The position numbers were made by a program, and so were the translations under genes. A stretch of 64,000 nucleotides of DNA, taken from positions 2,667 to 66,666 of the forward strand of contig JACPPH010000008.1 in NCBI GenBank assembly GCA_016191105.1. The letters run 5' to 3'. Positions 60,692 to 64,000 of this stretch are shown piece by piece; the first letter of the stretch is position 1; each line of letters starts with the position of its first letter. This DNA is from Candidatus Saccharimonadota bacterium. GTDB taxonomy: Bacteria > Patescibacteriota > Saccharimonadia > CAILAD01 > BJGX01. The notes below the pieces were generated by a model. The model did not search any database and was not told the DNA's origin. It saw nothing but the letters and a program-made list of their open reading frames with translations.

Positions 60692-61891
60692 ATGAGTAAT
60701 GAAGATGTAAGTAAACCTAAAGATTCTGATTCTAGTTTTAATTCAGAATTAACCGATAGCCTTGCTAAAATTCGCGCGACAAATAATGAGATAGAAAAGC
60801 AAGGTAATGGATTTGAATTACAATCTCCTCAGGAATTTCGTGATGACTTTTCGGCTTTGGCACAATATGCCACCGATTTTGTTGGTATAGAAACAATGCA
60901 GTTTGAAGTTACCCAAGCCACTATACCCATTTTTAATGCCCTAAAAGCGGCAAAAGTTAATGGTGCAAAAACTCGTTTTGTTTATGACCGTGTAGCTCGA
61001 GAACATGTTCGCAGTGGCAATGACCAAGCTTGGAGTAAATATGGGAAAACAGTATACAAAGGTAATAAATCAGAGCTACAACAAGCTATTAATTCTCGAG
61101 AACAACAAATAGCCGAGTTAGAAGAACTTGGAATAACACACTCCTCTTTTAGAGACCGTGGTGAAAATGAAAGAGGTAGCCATAACCATATCAAGCTAGC
61201 GATTGTTGATGATGTGGCTTGGTTTGGGACAATGAATTTGCGACAAGTAGATTTTGAGATGAGCAACTTTATGATAAAAGTTACTAACCCTAAATTAGTT
61301 GAGGTGTTAAAAGAAATTTTCTTAAAAACTGAGCCGTCATCGGCAATTGCAGATGAAGTTTTTGTAGGTGAAGAGCATGGATTGTATAAAGATACACAAC
61401 TACTAGTTGATGGTGGAGAAAAAGGTGAATCAGTAATTTATGACAAGGCTTTAGAAATGGCTAAAAGCCTGGGACCAGAAGATGAGTTTATAATGATAAA
61501 CCAGTGGCCGCCAGCTAAGACGATGTTTGGTGAGATTGCAGATGTCCTACAAGAAAAGATAGAGGCTGGTAGTACCGGTTTGTTTTTACTAAGCCCAAAA
61601 GAATATTATCACCCTCTTTCTAAAAAGCTTGGGACAGCTTTTCAAGTATGGCTAAATCAAGAGTCAAAAAAATCTCCAAACTTTAACTTTAAAAATTTAG
61701 TACGACCGACTCATGCTAAGGCTTTTGTTATTAAACGAGCAGATGGTGATATAGAAGTATTGTTTGGGTCTCATAACTTTGCCGAACGGACTGTAAACAA
61801 CGGTACAAAAGAATTGGCAATGTGGAGCAAAGACCCTGAAATAGTTGGACAGATTATGGCTTTTCTTGAAAAAGTGCAGGCTGAGAAATAG
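60692..61891 (+). CDS. Phospholipase D superfamily protein (two HxK motifs)
   Basis: HIKLAIVD..GTMN and HAKAFVI..GSHN. Confidence 0.8.
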   Translation: MSNEDVSKPKDSDSSFNSELTDSLAKIRATNNEIEKQGNGFELQSPQEFRDDFSALAQYATDFVGIETMQFEVTQATIPIFNALKAAKVNGAKTRFVYDRVAREHVRSGNDQAWSKYGKTVYKGNKSELQQAINSREQQIAELEELGITHSSFRDRGENERGSHNHIKLAIVDDVAWFGTMNLRQVDFEMSNFMIKVTNPKLVEVLKEIFLKTEPSSAIADEVFVGEEHGLYKDTQLLVDGGEKGESVIYDKALEMAKSLGPEDEFIMINQWPPAKTMFGEIADVLQEKIEAGSTGLFLLSPKEYYHPLSKKLGTAFQVWLNQESKKSPNFNFKNLVRPTHAKAFVIKRADGDIEVLFGSHNFAERTVNNGTKELAMWSKDPEIVGQIMAFLEKVQAEK

Positions 61892-61893
61892 TG

Positions 61894-61954
61894 GTTCTAA
61901 CTTCCTTCACCACCCGGAGCCAAAGTACTTATGTTTAAGACCCGATTGGGTCTT
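61894..61954 (+). repeat. Cassette-junction repeat 2
   Basis: GTTCTAACTTC-N10-CGGAGCCAAAGTACTTATGTTTAAGACCCGATTGGGTCTT. Confidence 0.85.
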
Positions 61955-61971
61955 TTGTTATAATTGACTGA

Positions 61972-62424
61972 ATGTTGACTAACACACCAGGCACTGATTG
62001 TTTTTATCGGGTTTCTATTAAGGCCCTGATTTTGAATGAAAAAAATCAGGTACTGCTTATGAAAGAGAAAGATAAGGGATGGGATTTGCCGGGCGGAGGC
62101 TTAGAATGGGACGAAAGCCCTACAGTTGCTTTGGGGCGTGAAATAGAAGAAGAGATAGGTTGCAAGAGTAAGATAAGCAGTCATCCATGGGTGGTGGTGC
62201 CATGGACCAATGTAGATACAGATTATCATTTGTTGAGTATTATTTATTTTGCAAAAATTAACCCAAACGGGGTAAAACCAAACGGTAAAACAACCGATGT
62301 TAAATTTTTTGATATCGATGAGTATGTAGAAATTTTGAATCTTGAAGAAGAAGAGATGTGGCAGACGAATATTGACTACATTTCTGCAGTGAAATCATTA
62401 CCGTCCGTAAGACAGGTTGATTAA
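61972..62424 (+). CDS. NUDIX hydrolase
   Basis: WDLPGGGLEWDESPTVALGREIEEEIG Nudix box. Confidence 0.92.
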   Translation: MLTNTPGTDCFYRVSIKALILNEKNQVLLMKEKDKGWDLPGGGLEWDESPTVALGREIEEEIGCKSKISSHPWVVVPWTNVDTDYHLLSIIYFAKINPNGVKPNGKTTDVKFFDIDEYVEILNLEEEEMWQTNIDYISAVKSLPSVRQVD

Positions 62425-62467
62425 ATAGGTATTCAATATTAGAAGTAAGCTTTGTTATACTTGAATT

Positions 62468-63517
62468 ATGCCAGAAGAGCTAAAAAATAACACCGAAGCA
62501 TCTAAGGGCCAACCAAGTCAGCTTGGTAAGGAGTTGAGTGACATTGTGGATGGAAACAATAAAGTTAGAGAGGCTGAGACACAAATCATTATCTCTGGTA
62601 CTCAAGCATATCAAACTGCCGAGAAAGGTAGACCCGAGCTAGAAGACCCAGCAACAGGTATCGTTGAACTGCATTATACTAACAGTTCAGGTTCAGAGAT
62701 AACACTAATTGGCACACATCATGTTAGTGATATGGCTGACCCGGAAGTACAATATCTTGGTGACAAGCTACAGTCTATTTCAGACAAGTCTTCAAAAGTA
62801 CTTATACTCGAAAGTCAGTACGGAGAAGAAGGAGGCATTCCAGATAATCCGGAAGATGCTTTTGGAGAATTTGCATACATGGCGGCTGTTGGGAAGCAAG
62901 CAGGGATTGAAGTTATTCCGGGCGAGCCAGACCCTCATGATACCGCTAAAAAAATACTTGTTGAACGCCCAGGCATTACAAGAGATGAGGTAGCCTTACA
63001 TTATGGCCTGAAAACATTGGTAGGTGTTTTTCGGGATTCTCCTACAGCCTCGCTTGATGCGGTTGCTCCGTACTTACACCATAGCGTTGGCGTAGCAGGC
63101 GACAAGTCAGAGGGAGGTTGGGTTGAAAAAAGCACGACACGAGATGAAGTTGTTAGGATGTCTGAACAGGAAAAGGCGATAATTGTAAAAGAGATGCCTG
63201 CAATCGTAGATAAGCTTAACGCCGAATTTGAAAAAATTAAGCCAGGTGAAAGGCTATTGCAACTTGAGCCAGATGGGAAGCTAACTTTATTATATGACCT
63301 GAACAAACCCCCTGTACTATGGGACCCTTCCCCTGAACAATCTGGAGGCCAGCCTAATGTGATAACTGAGATTTCACGAATGGATATGCTAATGCGAGAT
63401 AGACATACATTCGAGCTGACGGTTCACGCAATCAAACGGGGAAAAGAGCCAATTGTTGCGGTAGGAAGTTCTCATGTCAGCACATTAAAGCCTGCTTTTG
63501 ACGCTGCTTATAGTTAA
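62468..63517 (+). CDS. Hypothetical protein, possibly TraB/TIKI/EreA-like metallohydrolase fold
   Basis: LIGTHH..LILE..RD..VAVGSSH motif order. Confidence 0.5.
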   Translation: MPEELKNNTEASKGQPSQLGKELSDIVDGNNKVREAETQIIISGTQAYQTAEKGRPELEDPATGIVELHYTNSSGSEITLIGTHHVSDMADPEVQYLGDKLQSISDKSSKVLILESQYGEEGGIPDNPEDAFGEFAYMAAVGKQAGIEVIPGEPDPHDTAKKILVERPGITRDEVALHYGLKTLVGVFRDSPTASLDAVAPYLHHSVGVAGDKSEGGWVEKSTTRDEVVRMSEQEKAIIVKEMPAIVDKLNAEFEKIKPGERLLQLEPDGKLTLLYDLNKPPVLWDPSPEQSGGQPNVITEISRMDMLMRDRHTFELTVHAIKRGKEPIVAVGSSHVSTLKPAFDAAYS

Positions 63518-63537
63518 GTAAGCTCAGCGAAAAGCTA

Positions 63538-63600
63538 GTTCTAACTTCAGTTACTACACGGAGCCAAAGTACTTATGCTTAAGACCCGAGGGTTTATAAT
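63538..63600 (+). repeat. Cassette-junction repeat 3
   Basis: GTTCTAACTTC-N10-CGGAGCCAAAGTACTTATGCTTAAGACCCGAGGGTTT-ATAAT. Confidence 0.85.
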
Positions 63601-63606
63601 GTGAAC

Positions 63607-63715
63607 ATGAAAGCTATCGAGCACAAAGTAAAACATCAATATTAGCCTACGGATAATAGTTGTAGTCCAACAGCCTTAAGTATTCCTTTGAGCTATTACG
63701 GCAAAACATTTTCAG
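63607..63715 (+). pseudogene. Remnant of a C39-like peptidase gene
   Basis: MKAIEHKVKHQY*PTDNSCSPTALSIPLSYYGK: in-frame TAG, then truncation. Confidence 0.5.
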
Positions 63716-63804
63716 TTTGCTTAGCCTTCTCAAAAGACTTATTGAATTGTTTTTTATCTCCCCCCGTAATATTTATCGTTATCTTATAATGATATACTAA
63801 ATTT

Positions 63805-64000
63805 ATGGATACTAAGACCAAAAACGAGATTTTGGAAAAGGCGAAAGCTTGGATGCGAGATGAGCTTGCTGAAGCTCATAAACAAAACACACTAAAACTA
63901 AAAAATGTAGATGAGTTTAATATCAATCCCTTTTTATGGTCATACCTAGCAAATTATTTAGAGGGCAATCAAAACTACAAAAGTTTAGCTAAAGCGCTTA
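63805..64000 (+). CDS. Probable PmeII-like type II restriction endonuclease (3' end outside the window)
   Basis: FNINPFLWSYLANYLEGN..SLAKAL resembles the N-terminus of that family; -10 TATACT 6 nt upstream. Confidence 0.55.
   Translation, partial: MDTKTKNEILEKAKAWMRDELAEAHKQNTLKLKNVDEFNINPFLWSYLANYLEGNQNYKSLAKAL

Noticed and set aside
60293-60693. ORFs overlapping tRNA-Asn
   Set aside because: Shadow frames over an RNA gene.
60630-63582. CRISPR array
   Set aside because: The repeats are 1.3-1.6 kb apart with whole genes between them; no cas genes.

Overview
Chromosomal origin region of a Patescibacteria (CPR; Saccharibacteria-like) bacterium using the standard genetic code (TGA is a stop; ATGA overlaps are common). 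The lineage is inferred from gene content and synteny. From left to right: 5'-truncated groEL; two GC-rich orphan genes; PGI/PMI; tRNA-Ser; comF; hsp20; a solute-binding protein; five VirB2-like pilins divergent from a T4SS-like operon (VirB6, PrgI, VirB4, two large cell-wall hydrolases each followed by a paralogous membrane-anchored protein); dciA-like-recF-dnaN-oriC-dnaA; rpmH-rnpA-yidD-yidC-jag-mnmE; two nucleotidyltransferase-fold genes; vanW-like; and a ~23 kb surface-polysaccharide locus. The window ends with tRNA-Asn. The most notable signal is at this tRNA-Asn. It is bracketed by interrupted copies of its own 5' and 3' halves, and is followed by short gene cassettes (PLD; NUDIX plus TraB/TIKI-like; C39 remnant plus restriction enzyme). 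Each cassette starts with the same 24-bp repeat, which begins with the tRNA 3' end, followed by a hairpin and a -10 box, and no integrase is visible in the window. All product calls come from motif recognition by eye, not from database searches.
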